The notes under the pieces are model-generated. The model saw only the letters and a list, made by a program, of their open reading frames with translations. It was not told the origin of the DNA and ran no database searches. A stretch of 44,104 bases of DNA from Clostridiales bacterium (GTDB taxonomy: Bacteria > Bacillota > Clostridia > Saccharofermentanales > Saccharofermentanaceae): assembly GCA_017513085.1 (NCBI GenBank), contig JAFWDK010000004.1:1-44104 (forward strand), given 5' to 3'. Below are positions 9,243 to 18,551 of the stretch, in pieces; the first letter of the stretch is position 1; every line of letters begins with the position of its first letter. A program made the position numbers and the translations under genes.

Positions 9243-9758
9243 ATGAAAATAGAAACAAAACGATTAGTTATTACGGAATTCACCATGGATATGGCCCAGG
9301 CCGTCCATGAGAATTCGCTGGATGAAGATACAAGAAGATTCGTTCCGGATGAAGTATTTGAGACACTGGATGATGCAAAGGAGACCATAGAGTTTCTCAT
9401 GTCCCAATATGGCGGATTTGAAGGCCCACTGGTCTATCCTGTGATCACGAAGGACGGCGAGGAGAATATTGGCTATGTGCAACTGGTACCGCTGGAAGAT
9501 GGGACATGGGAGATCGGATACCATGTTGGAAAGAAATATACCGGAAACGGGTACGCAACGGAAGCGGTCAGTGCTTTTCTACCGGAAATAACGGAAAAAG
9601 CAGGCATCACGGAAGTATATGGCATCTGCCTTTCTGAAAATATTGCATCTGTCTGCGTCATGAAGAAGGTCGGATTTGCTCCGGTTTTTGAAGGCGTAGG
9701 CGAGTATCAGGGAGAACAAAGAGAAATCTTCAAGAGTGTCTGGAGAAAGAAATCATGA
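9243..9758 (+). CDS. GNAT N-acetyltransferase (RimJ/RimL type)
   Basis: IETKRLVI, EIGYHV..KYTGNGYATEA, NIASVCVMKKVGF; RBS AAGGAG. Confidence 0.92.
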   Translation: MKIETKRLVITEFTMDMAQAVHENSLDEDTRRFVPDEVFETLDDAKETIEFLMSQYGGFEGPLVYPVITKDGEENIGYVQLVPLEDGTWEIGYHVGKKYTGNGYATEAVSAFLPEITEKAGITEVYGICLSENIASVCVMKKVGFAPVFEGVGEYQGEQREIFKSVWRKKS

Positions 9759-9829
9759 GCAAAGCCTATTCGTACATCCTTTTCGATCTGGCGCAGACCG
9801 CGGCGGATGTGAAGACATACATTGAATGA
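9755..9829 (+). pseudogene. Internally deleted HAD-family hydrolase remnant (24 aa)
   Basis: MSKAYSYILFDL (HAD motif I start) joined directly to AQTAADVKTYIE*; ATGA overlap with the upstream stop. Confidence 0.5.
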
Positions 9830-9867
9830 GAATTGAGGCGGACGCAACTGAATAAGGAGGAAAACGT

Positions 9868-10560
9868 ATGGCGAATGCAATCAAGATCAATGAGACTACC
9901 TGGAGGATCGAAGATGGAGGCGTACGATTCCTCCTTCTTTGCGGTACGGAAAAAGCGGCGCTGATCGATACCGGCATGAATACACCTAACGCCAGAGAGA
10001 TCGCGGAGGATCTGACTGATCTGCCCTTGATCCTGATCAACACCCACGCAGATCCTGATCACATCTCCGGCAACGGCGCTTTTGAAGAATTCTATATGTC
10101 GCCGAATGAAGAAGAGAACTACAAAAACTTCAACGGAAAAGGCACGATCCTGCCGGTCAAGGAAGGCGACATCATTGACCTTGGCGACCGCGCGCTCCGC
10201 ATCATCGACATTCCGGGACATACTCCGGGAAGCATCGCGATCCTCGATGAAAAGAACCGCGTCCTGATCAGCGGAGATACCGTGCAGGACGGCCACATCT
10301 TCATGTTCGGGCCGATGCGCAATCTGGACGAGTTTATCGAGAGTCTGAAGCATCTTTCCGGGTTCACCGGATCCTTCGATGAGATCTATCCGATGCATGG
10401 TTCTTTCCCGGTCAAGCCTGAACTGATCGGTCAGCTTCTGGAAGGCGCAAATGAGGTCAAAGCCGGTACGGCTTCCGGCCAGAAGGTCGAGTTCTTCGGA
10501 AACAAAGCCCTGCTCTACCAGTTCCCGTATGCGGGTCTGCTTTGCGATATCGAGGGCTGA
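9868..10560 (+). CDS. MBL-fold metallo-hydrolase
   Basis: LIDTG, THADPDHISGN (HxxxDH variant), PGHTPGS, ISGD, PMHG. Confidence 0.92.
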   Translation: MANAIKINETTWRIEDGGVRFLLLCGTEKAALIDTGMNTPNAREIAEDLTDLPLILINTHADPDHISGNGAFEEFYMSPNEEENYKNFNGKGTILPVKEGDIIDLGDRALRIIDIPGHTPGSIAILDEKNRVLISGDTVQDGHIFMFGPMRNLDEFIESLKHLSGFTGSFDEIYPMHGSFPVKPELIGQLLEGANEVKAGTASGQKVEFFGNKALLYQFPYAGLLCDIEG

Positions 10561-10562
10561 AA

Positions 10563-11222
10563 ATGAAGCCGGATAGGATCAAAAACCCGTGGGAAGAGAT
10601 CAGTCTGGATGACTACGAGAATCACATGAGTCTGGATTCCGTCAACCAGCTCCAGACGCTGAATGCCATGATGAAAAAGCAACTGGAGGATCATGATGCG
10701 GATCGTGTCATGATCCTTGGCATTGCGGGCGGAAACGGACTCGAGCATGTTTCTTCCGATAAGTTCAAAAAGGTCTACGGTGTCGACATCAACGAGGACT
10801 ATCTGAAGGTAGTTTCCAAACGATATGCGTACCTGGGAGACACACTTGAATGCCTTCGCGTGGACCTGATCAACGAAGCCGATAAACTTCCACAGACGGA
10901 CCTTCTGATCGCGGACCTTCTCGTCGAATACATCGGCGAAGAGGCCTTCGTCAATGTGGTAAGAAAGACGAACCCGAAGTATGTTTCCTGCATTATCCAG
11001 ATCAATCTGGACGTGGAGAACTGGGTCTCGGATTCCCCATATATCCATGCTTTTGACGGACTCGATGCGGTGCATCACCAGATGGAAAACTCCGCGCTTT
11101 CTTCTGCCATGACCAATGCCGGATACAAAAAAGGTCCGGAATTTACCGAATCCCTCCCGAATGGGAAAGCGCTCGTGCGCTTGGACTTTTTCCTTGATGA
11201 AAAGTGTTTTTTTCTTTTCTGA
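10563..11222 (+). CDS. Class I SAM-dependent methyltransferase-like protein
   Basis: VMILGIAGGNGLE and VYGVDIN Rossmann motifs. Confidence 0.8.
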   Translation: MKPDRIKNPWEEISLDDYENHMSLDSVNQLQTLNAMMKKQLEDHDADRVMILGIAGGNGLEHVSSDKFKKVYGVDINEDYLKVVSKRYAYLGDTLECLRVDLINEADKLPQTDLLIADLLVEYIGEEAFVNVVRKTNPKYVSCIIQINLDVENWVSDSPYIHAFDGLDAVHHQMENSALSSAMTNAGYKKGPEFTESLPNGKALVRLDFFLDEKCFFLF

Positions 11223-11336
11223 ATCGAGGGAAAATGCTTGGACGAAACCGAACATATGTGCTACAATAATATCATGCACTGAAAGATATATTTCCGGAAG
11301 TTTTCTTTGCAAGAATGAATAAGAGAGGTGTACGCT

Positions 11337-11678
11337 ATGAAGGATTTTATTGCATACTGCGGACTTGATTGCGAGAAGTGTGAGGCACGGATTGCAACGA
11401 TGAATAACGATGACGCACTTCGTCAGAAAGTGGCTAAGGAGTGGTCAGTCATGAATGAAGTCGAGATTACTCCGGAGATGATCAACTGCACAGGTTGCCG
11501 TATGCCCGGAGTGAAGTTTCCTTTCTGTGAATCCATGTGTCCGATCAAGATCTGTTCTTCCGAGAAAAAGTATGAGACCTGTGCCAACTGCAGTGAAGTG
11601 GCTTCCTGTGAGAAGGCGTCCATGGTCCTCGGAAATAACATGGAAGCAAGAGAAAACCTCGGGATCAGCGGCCTTTAG
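11337..11678 (+). CDS. Cys-rich DUF3795-like protein
   Basis: IAYCGLDCEKC, CTGCR, CPIKIC, TCANC; upstream promoter TTGGAC-N18-TACAAT. Confidence 0.85.
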   Translation: MKDFIAYCGLDCEKCEARIATMNNDDALRQKVAKEWSVMNEVEITPEMINCTGCRMPGVKFPFCESMCPIKICSSEKKYETCANCSEVASCEKASMVLGNNMEARENLGISGL

Positions 11679-11689
11679 GAGGAAAAAAA

Positions 11690-12256
11690 ATGAAAAACAT
11701 ATACGAAGAATGTCCGGTTTTGGAAAACGAAAGATGGCTTTTACGCTTTGTAAAAGAAGAAGATTCTGAAGATCTTCTTGAAGTGTATGGAGATAAGCAG
11801 GCGCTGCCGTTTTTCAACAGCGATAACTGCCACGAAGATAACTTTTACTACAACACGAAAGAGAAGATGGATAATGCGATCCGTTTCTGGCTAGAGTCGT
11901 ATGTAGATAAGTGGTTTGTCCGACTGACAATAATCGATAAGCACATTTCTAAAGCGATTGGTACAATAGAGATGTTCCACCGCCCGTCTGATGATGACTT
12001 TGACGGAGATGGACTGATTCGTCTGGATGTCAGAAGTGACTATGAAAGGTCAGATGAACTGCAGGAGATCCTGGGGCTTCTGATTCCACAGGCATACGAT
12101 CTTCTGGATTGTGAGGAGATTATTACAAAGATTCCGCTTTATGCAGTGGAGAGAATCGACGCGGCGAAAAAACTCGGATTTGAAAAGTCCGAAAGCTGTC
12201 TTGTCGGAGGCGAAGATCGGTATGCATACAAAGGATACTGGACGATAAAGAGATGA
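11690..12256 (+). CDS. GNAT family N-acetyltransferase
   Basis: PVLENERWLLRF..EDSEDLLEVY, AIGTIEMF, AAKKLGF. Confidence 0.8.
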   Translation: MKNIYEECPVLENERWLLRFVKEEDSEDLLEVYGDKQALPFFNSDNCHEDNFYYNTKEKMDNAIRFWLESYVDKWFVRLTIIDKHISKAIGTIEMFHRPSDDDFDGDGLIRLDVRSDYERSDELQEILGLLIPQAYDLLDCEEIITKIPLYAVERIDAAKKLGFEKSESCLVGGEDRYAYKGYWTIKR

Positions 12257-12275
12257 TAGAAAAAGAGGACGATAA

Positions 12276-13058
12276 GTGAAGTACGGAATCATTGATTACG
12301 AGATATTAGGTGAGGGCACACCGGTACTGATCATTCACGGATGGGGCATCGACAGAACAACGATGCAGGCCGCATTTGAGATGGTATTCGAGGCGCTTGG
12401 CGGATACAAGCGCTACTACATCGACCTCCCGGGTATGGGAAGATCGGAACACGGTGATGTCCATAACTCAGACGATATCCTTGCACTGCTTCACGGATTT
12501 GCTGAGGAGATCATTGGAGAGCCTTTTATTCTGGTAGGACAGTCGTATGGTGGTCTTCTGGCCAGAGGTTTTGTGAATAAGTACGGGGCACTGGTGAAGA
12601 AATTGATCCTTCTGGTTCCTTGTGTTATTCCCGGTGTCAGACAGGGACGAGTCGAGCCGCTTCAAGTGATGGAAAAAGACGAGGAACTTCTGGCTTCACT
12701 TTCGAAAGAAAACTATGAGAGCTTCACGCTTATGAATGTAGTTCTCACAAGACCTGTCTGGGAGAAATACAGAAAATATCTCATGCCGGCGCTGGCACGG
12801 GCAGACTGGGATTTTCTGAACTCGGATCTGGAAGGAAGCTTCTCGTTTAACGTAGATGACATGGATCCGGTATCGATCCCGACCTTGATCATCGCAGCGA
12901 AGCAGGATACGGAAGTCGGCTACAAGGATCAGTTTGATCTCATGAAGATCTATCCGAATTCCACATACTGTGCAGTAGAGAAGGCGGGACATAATCTTCA
13001 GATCGAGCAGCCGGAGGTGTTCGAGGGTATCCTTCGGTCCTGGCTGATCAGTCATTGA
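12276..13058 (+). CDS. Alpha/beta hydrolase
   Basis: IIHGW, DLPGMGRS, nucleophile elbow GQSYGG, AGHNL. Confidence 0.93.
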   Translation: MKYGIIDYEILGEGTPVLIIHGWGIDRTTMQAAFEMVFEALGGYKRYYIDLPGMGRSEHGDVHNSDDILALLHGFAEEIIGEPFILVGQSYGGLLARGFVNKYGALVKKLILLVPCVIPGVRQGRVEPLQVMEKDEELLASLSKENYESFTLMNVVLTRPVWEKYRKYLMPALARADWDFLNSDLEGSFSFNVDDMDPVSIPTLIIAAKQDTEVGYKDQFDLMKIYPNSTYCAVEKAGHNLQIEQPEVFEGILRSWLISH

Positions 13059-13086
13059 ACAAGACGTCGGAAAGAGAGGAAAAGGA

Positions 13087-13710
13087 ATGTTACCGACAAA
13101 GGAAGTAGCACTGGCAGAACTGAAACTGGCAGGAGAGATGAATCCCGGTCCATGGGAGAAGCATTCTTTGAATACAGGTATTGCGGCTCGGAATATTGCG
13201 GAAAAGATCGAGGGTATGGATGCCGATAAAGCATATATCGTCGGCGTGCTGCACGACATCGGCCGCCGTGTGGGCATTGTTGATATTCCGACACATGTCT
13301 ATGCCGGTTATGAATACTGTATGCAGAAGGGATGGGATGAAGTCGCGCGTATCTGTATGACACATTCCTATCTTCTTATGAAGGACGAATTCACGTATGA
13401 CCCGGAAACGGAGCATGAAAGAAAGATCAAGGAATATGTCTCCGCGATCGAGCCGGATGATTACGATAAGCTGATCCAGCTTTGTGATGCACTGGCAGTA
13501 GATTATGGATTTGTGATCCTGGAGAAGCGTTTCGTAGATGTGACCAGAAGATACGGGATCATGGAAGGCTATATTAAAGGCTGGGAAGTGGCATTTGCCA
13601 TCAAGGAAGATTTCGAGAAACGAATGGGCTGTTCCATCTATGATGTCCTTCCGGATATCGGTAGAACAACACTTCTGACACCGAAGCCATGGCAGCCGCC
13701 AAAGAAGTAA
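13087..13710 (+). CDS. HD-domain protein
   Basis: WEKHS...GVLHDIGR...MTHS...LCDA. Confidence 0.9.
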   Translation: MLPTKEVALAELKLAGEMNPGPWEKHSLNTGIAARNIAEKIEGMDADKAYIVGVLHDIGRRVGIVDIPTHVYAGYEYCMQKGWDEVARICMTHSYLLMKDEFTYDPETEHERKIKEYVSAIEPDDYDKLIQLCDALAVDYGFVILEKRFVDVTRRYGIMEGYIKGWEVAFAIKEDFEKRMGCSIYDVLPDIGRTTLLTPKPWQPPKK

Positions 13711-13723
13711 AGTGTGGAGCAAT

Positions 13724-14320
13724 ATGGACAGACCTGATTTTGACAGCATTAAGGATTATGCCGAGTTCTCGAAGTACTACTGGTACAGAGAAGAACTGAT
13801 CCGGATATGTAAGGCACATGGCCTTGCGGCTCCAAGTGGCAAGATCGAACTGAATAAAGTGATTGAAGCGTATTTCTCCGGGAAGAAGATCCTTCCGGAG
13901 AAAAAGCCGGTGAAAAGAAAGACGGCCAAAGTTACGGAACTGACCCTTCAGACCGGTCTGATCGAGTGTGGCTTTACATTCGGACCCAGGTTCCGGGAAT
14001 TCTTCGAAAAGCAGACCGGGGAAAGCCGTTTCAAATTCAATGTGGATATGGTAGCTACGGCCAAAGCCGTGAAAGAAAGCGGAGATGAAAGTTTCACCTT
14101 GGGAGATCTTCTCGATATATACTATGGGAAGAAGACCTATGCGACCTACGATAAGTCGGCACTTCAGTGGAATAAGTTTGTAAAAGACTTCTGCGCCGAT
14201 CCGGCAACAGAAGTCTTTCCTGACAGGTTAAAGGCAGCAGCGAAGCTGTGGAAGATCGTAAGAGAATCGGATCAGGAGAAAGTCTATACCCACGACCTTC
14301 TAAATATTTACTTCAACTGA
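13724..14320 (+). CDS. SAP-domain / DUF6434-like hypothetical protein
   Basis: FSKYYWYREELIRICK..GL..SGKIEL and LQWNKFVKDF motifs. Confidence 0.7.
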   Translation: MDRPDFDSIKDYAEFSKYYWYREELIRICKAHGLAAPSGKIELNKVIEAYFSGKKILPEKKPVKRKTAKVTELTLQTGLIECGFTFGPRFREFFEKQTGESRFKFNVDMVATAKAVKESGDESFTLGDLLDIYYGKKTYATYDKSALQWNKFVKDFCADPATEVFPDRLKAAAKLWKIVRESDQEKVYTHDLLNIYFN

Positions 14321-14880
14321 TAGGCTTTCTTAAACTTGTATGATCCAAGGACGAACTTGGAAGGGGAGACTTTCTCAGCAAGGTCGGATGTGGTGATGAA
14401 GTCTTTGGTTACCTTTACAAGTAACTGACGGTTGTCGCGTTCTACGAGATAGAATGCCGGATTCTCTCTAAGGTAATCTGCCCCCTGGATGATTCCGGGA
14501 CCTGCAACGAAATCTACGATCTGTTCTTTGACCGAGAGTTTTTTGGAACGAATCAGCGCATAGATAGCATCTGCATTTGTGTTCTTAGAAACGCAAGCAG
14601 CATCCTGCTTGCTCCTGCATTTTCCCGCCTTTTCAAAAGCGCTGAGATCGATCGGCTCGGAGATTTCATTGAACTCCGGTTTGTTTCCATCATCTATAAG
14701 ATAATCCACACTTACATGCAAAAGATTTGCCATGACTTTAAGGTTCCCGATATCCGGAAGACCCTTATCCGTTTCCCATTTTGCTACTGCGGATCGTGAA
14801 ACATTCATCTTTTCTGCGAACTGTTCCTGCGAAAGGCCGGCTGTTTTTCTAGCCTCTTTAATCTTCTCACCAAGTGTCAT
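14308..14880 (-). CDS. XRE-family transcriptional regulator
   Basis: MTLGEKIKEARKTAGLSQEQFAEKMNVSRSAVAKWETDKGLPD; RBS GGAGG. Confidence 0.93.
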   Translation of the reverse strand: MTLGEKIKEARKTAGLSQEQFAEKMNVSRSAVAKWETDKGLPDIGNLKVMANLLHVSVDYLIDDGNKPEFNEISEPIDLSAFEKAGKCRSKQDAACVSKNTNADAIYALIRSKKLSVKEQIVDFVAGPGIIQGADYLRENPAFYLVERDNRQLLVKVTKDFITTSDLAEKVSPSKFVLGSYKFKKAYQLK

Positions 14881-14988
14881 AGTGCACCTCCAGATATATT
14901 TTATTATGAACGGATTTTCCGTTTGCTTCAAGCATTTTCAGTGTGCATGTATCTGCAGAAAAGCGCCATATACCAGTGGTGACAGCGA

Positions 14989-15005
14989 TGTTACGCTCCG
15001 TAACA
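14989..15005. promoter_or_regulatory. Palindromic operator candidate
   Basis: TGTTACG-ctc-CGTAACA in the divergent intergenic region. Confidence 0.45.
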
Positions 15006-15071
15006 ACGGAAAAATATAGCCGCATCAAGGATGTTGTATATCTTTTCTGCCGCGTGTTGTATGATTAATCT

Positions 15072-15145
15072 ATGAAAAGGACCTTATGAATTATGCAAAA
15101 GGACTTCCGCTCAAGAACCTGGTGGATAGAACAAGAGGATATTAA
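15072..15145 (+). pseudogene. Remnant resembling the C-terminus of a D-2-hydroxyacid dehydrogenase
   Basis: (L)MNYAKGLPLKNLVDRTRGY* at 15086-15145, preceded by an out-of-frame ATG AAA AGG 6 nt after a TATGAT -10. Confidence 0.45.
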
Positions 15146-15167
15146 TATCGGCAAAAGGAGAAAACAT

Positions 15168-15959
15168 ATGGACAATTTTGTAGATGAAAGAGACTACGCA
15201 TTACTTGCTCAGGACAAATATACTTTTTCGGTCCTTTCGAGGATCATCAGCGGGGAATGCCAGCTCCGCCTGACGGATCACGAAAGGTTCATTCTCTGCT
15301 TCACGGGACAGCCGTATCCGGTGTGGATCTGGATGCCGGACGACGCATCAGAAGAGGAGATGGAGAGTGCTTTTCAAGTGGCAAAAGAAAACGGAGTCAT
15401 GGATGGCGATCACCGATTCAACATCAAGTATGAACTGGCGGACTACTTTATGAGAAGGGCCGAAAAGGAAGAACTTCATCTTTCAATCTCGACGAATCTT
15501 TATGCCTATGACTGCCCGAAGCTGATATCACCGAAAACCGTGACAGACGGGCACATCCATAAGTGCACGATGGAAGATGTCGACGTGCTGACGGACTTTT
15601 TCGAGATGTTTCACGATGCTGTCGGAATCGATAAGGCCAGTAGAGAACAATACCGCATCGATGCGGAAAACGGGATCCGTGAAGGATCTATGTACCTTTG
15701 GAAAACGGATGACGGTGAATTTGCAGCCAGCTGCCATTGGCATCCGGTGCAGGATATGGCGTCCATCGGACTGGTCTATACCCGAGATGAGTACCGCAGG
15801 CATTACTATGCGGAACATCTGGTATATGAGGTCACGAAGATCGCGAAAGAAGAAGGATACCTTCCGATGCTCTATACGGATGCGGATTATGTTGCCTCCA
15901 ACAAGTGCTATGAGAAACTCGGCTATATTCTCAGGGGTAAACTCTGCACGATCAGCTGA
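15168..15959 (+). CDS. GNAT N-acetyltransferase (C-terminal GNAT domain)
   Basis: IGLVYTRDEYRRHYYAE and MLYTDADYVASNKCYEKLGY; RBS AAGGAG. Confidence 0.9.
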   Translation: MDNFVDERDYALLAQDKYTFSVLSRIISGECQLRLTDHERFILCFTGQPYPVWIWMPDDASEEEMESAFQVAKENGVMDGDHRFNIKYELADYFMRRAEKEELHLSISTNLYAYDCPKLISPKTVTDGHIHKCTMEDVDVLTDFFEMFHDAVGIDKASREQYRIDAENGIREGSMYLWKTDDGEFAASCHWHPVQDMASIGLVYTRDEYRRHYYAEHLVYEVTKIAKEEGYLPMLYTDADYVASNKCYEKLGYILRGKLCTIS

Positions 15960-16025
15960 CATATAGAAAAGAAGGATCCTAAGGGTATACCGTAGGTTTA
16001 ATCCGGCGATTTTCCGCCGGGGCAG

Positions 16026-16187
16026 TGATACAATATGCGATGAATTGAAAAATCTATGGGAGGACGATCATTATGAATCGCTGCATTGCAGATGCTCCAC
16101 GCAGAGCCTGAGGAGACTGTGTGGAGGAAGAAATAGTTTTCCTCGAGCTTTGCTTCTAAAGTCATTTCAACTATAAGGAGCAAAGAT
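16026..16187 (+). promoter_or_regulatory. Extended -10 promoter and putative translational attenuator leader
   Basis: TGATACAAT at 16026; alternative hairpins; anti-SD CTTTGCTTCT (16148-16157) complementary to AGGAGCAAAG (16176-16185). Confidence 0.6.
16073..16111 (+). CDS. Putative leader peptide MNRCIADAPRRA
   Basis: SD GGGAGG at 16058-16063; 12 codons plus TGA; overlaps the 5' arm of hairpin 16095-16126. Confidence 0.55.
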   Translation: MNRCIADAPRRA

Positions 16188-17483
16188 ATGAATAACGAAA
16201 TAGAAAATACTAAGAAGAACCCGCTTCGGGATTTCTATGTCCTTTGGAGCACGCAGAGCCTGTCCCATCTGGGATCAAGCATCTCCGCATTTGCGCTGAC
16301 GCTGTGGCTCTACGACAAGACCGGATCCACTCTGGGTACGGCGGCGTTGACGATCTGTACGTATGCACCCTACGTGATCATGAGCATTTTCGCGGGTGCA
16401 CTTACTGACCGGTTCAATAAGAAAAAGACCATGCTGGTGTGCGACACGCTTGCAGCACTGTGCACTGTTACAGTGTTACTTCTGTATATGACAGATACGC
16501 TTTCTGTCTGGCATCTTTATGCGGTCAATATTTTTTCCGGGCTGATGAATACAGTACAGCAGCCGGCATCGGAAGTGACGATGACCTTGATCGTGCCAAA
16601 GGCATATTATCAGAAGATCAGCGCCATGAATTCGCTGACCCGCTCACTGAATTCCATTCTGCACCCGCTGATCGCCACGGCACTTTACGGGCTGGTTGGC
16701 ATGAACGTCGTATTTGCACTGGATCTTCTCACCTTTGCCACTGCTTTTGTGGCACTTCTGGGTTTCGTTCGGATCCCAGAAAAACCAAGTGAGAAGAAAG
16801 AGAGTACGATCACCCTTGCCAAAGAGGGACTTCAGTTTCTTAAGAAAACGCCTCTGGTGTTTTCTCTGATCCTGTTTATGTCCGGTGTAAACTTAGTGGC
16901 CTCTGCCTTTGATGCGACGCTATACGGATATGTGATCCCGAACCCGAAAGGCGGAAAAGGCGTGCTGGGTATCGTAACTGCCTGTTCCGGTATCGCGATG
17001 GTCATCGGAAGTCTTATCGTATCGAAGATGCCGAAACCAAAAGACCGGGTAAGAGTTGTCTATGTAACGATGCTGATCTCCTTAAGCGTGGAGAATTATG
17101 TTCTGGCATTCTCGAGAGAGCCGGTCTTGTGGTGTTTGGGACAGATCGTCGGATGGATATTGGTTCCGGTAATGAGCGCGAATCTGGACGTGGTCCTTCG
17201 AAATATCATCCCCGTGGAACTGCAGGGCAGAGTCTATGCATGCCGGAATACTTTCCAGTTCTTCACGATTCCGATCGGCCTTTTTCTCGGCGGACTGATG
17301 GTCGATCACGTATGTGAACCCTTCATGGCAAGACACGCTTATTCCGAAGTGCTGACAATACTTTTCGGATCGGGAAAAGGATCCGGGGCGGCGCTCATGA
17401 TGGGCATACTGGGACTTTCTGGAACCATACATTGCCTGGTTTTCGGAGCGAGATTAAAGAAGTATCATTATAGTGATTCGTAA
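16188..17483 (+). CDS. MFS efflux transporter, Mef(A)/DHA3-like
   Basis: About 12 TM segments; FYVLWSTQSLSHLGSSIS, GALTDRFNKKKTM, IPVELQGRV. Confidence 0.9.
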   Translation: MNNEIENTKKNPLRDFYVLWSTQSLSHLGSSISAFALTLWLYDKTGSTLGTAALTICTYAPYVIMSIFAGALTDRFNKKKTMLVCDTLAALCTVTVLLLYMTDTLSVWHLYAVNIFSGLMNTVQQPASEVTMTLIVPKAYYQKISAMNSLTRSLNSILHPLIATALYGLVGMNVVFALDLLTFATAFVALLGFVRIPEKPSEKKESTITLAKEGLQFLKKTPLVFSLILFMSGVNLVASAFDATLYGYVIPNPKGGKGVLGIVTACSGIAMVIGSLIVSKMPKPKDRVRVVYVTMLISLSVENYVLAFSREPVLWCLGQIVGWILVPVMSANLDVVLRNIIPVELQGRVYACRNTFQFFTIPIGLFLGGLMVDHVCEPFMARHAYSEVLTILFGSGKGSGAALMMGILGLSGTIHCLVFGARLKKYHYSDS

Positions 17484-17533
17484 TGCGCAATGCGTAGAAG
17501 CAGATCCGATCGCCAACGAGTAATAGAGGCAGT

Positions 17534-18109
17534 ATGCAGACAAGAAAACTGACAATTGAAGAAATACGGGAAGTCTACGAGAAATATCTCTACTACGATT
17601 TCCCTGATGATGAGCGAAAACCACTTTCCCGGATCGAACAGTCGATCCGGGAAGGCCGGTACCTCTGCGCCGGTGCTTTTGACGAGGACGGAGGATTCCT
17701 CGCCTATGCTTTCTTTGTTTTCGAGAAAGATGTCTGTCTTCTGGACTACTATGCGGTGGTGCCGGAAATGCGGGGGAAAGGGATCGGCTCGGCGTTCTTG
17801 AAAGAGGCGGTGAACCATGCAGGCTTTGGAACGAACATTATCGAGATCGAAGACCCGGATGCAGGTGATACGGACAAGGAGAAAATGGCCAGGAAGCGAC
17901 GTCTCGATTTCTATCTGAACGCGGGATGTGTGAATACTCATGTGCACGTTCTGGTTTTCGGCGTGGAATATCTTCTTCTGGAATATCCGGTGAACACGGT
18001 GCACAGTGGCAAGGAGATCACGGATGGATATTTTTCCATCTACCGCTCGATCCTTCCGAAGAAAATGTACGAAGCGAATATATCGCTTTTGGACATTGGG
18101 GCGAAATAA
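17534..18109 (+). CDS. GNAT family N-acetyltransferase
   Basis: LDYYAVVPEMRGKGIGS, RRLDFY. Confidence 0.9.
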   Translation: MQTRKLTIEEIREVYEKYLYYDFPDDERKPLSRIEQSIREGRYLCAGAFDEDGGFLAYAFFVFEKDVCLLDYYAVVPEMRGKGIGSAFLKEAVNHAGFGTNIIEIEDPDAGDTDKEKMARKRRLDFYLNAGCVNTHVHVLVFGVEYLLLEYPVNTVHSGKEITDGYFSIYRSILPKKMYEANISLLDIGAK

Positions 18110-18206
18110 CTGAAAAACCGGTGGATATGGTACAATGGTTTTAGAAGACTAGATACAGTTTGCATGTCATACAATGACATTTTAACGAGTCAGTAGAAGG
18201 TGGAAT

Positions 18207-18551
18207 ATGACCAAAACATTAAATAAATATGTTGCTTTTCTACTAATAGTTTCTTTTGTTTTGTCTCTAGGATCTGTGGTTAATGCTAATCAAATCAATT
18301 CGGTTGCGTATAAATATGCTCATTCTGCATATATTAGCTGTGATTCCGGTCCCAATTCGCAATATGAAGATGAAGTTCTTTTGCATATGTATACAAGTAC
18401 TGTCTGGGGTGATAGTGGAGGACCGCTGGTAAAAACGGCTTCAGGAAGCATTCAGTATGTTATTGGCATATTAGCTGGAGGTTCAGGATACTATTCATAT
18501 TTTACGAAGGCATCCAACATTTTGTCAGCAATGAATGGATGGATATATTAA
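18207..18551 (+). pseudogene. Signal peptide fused to the C-terminal half of a trypsin-like serine protease (probably internally deleted)
   Basis: Signal peptide ending VNA; GDSGGPL and VIGI motifs; only 114 aa and no TAAHC/TAGH catalytic His motif. Confidence 0.6.

Noticed and set aside
9868-10560. Metallo-beta-lactamase resistance gene
   Set aside because: No signal peptide and a variant HxxxDH motif; only the fold can be supported.
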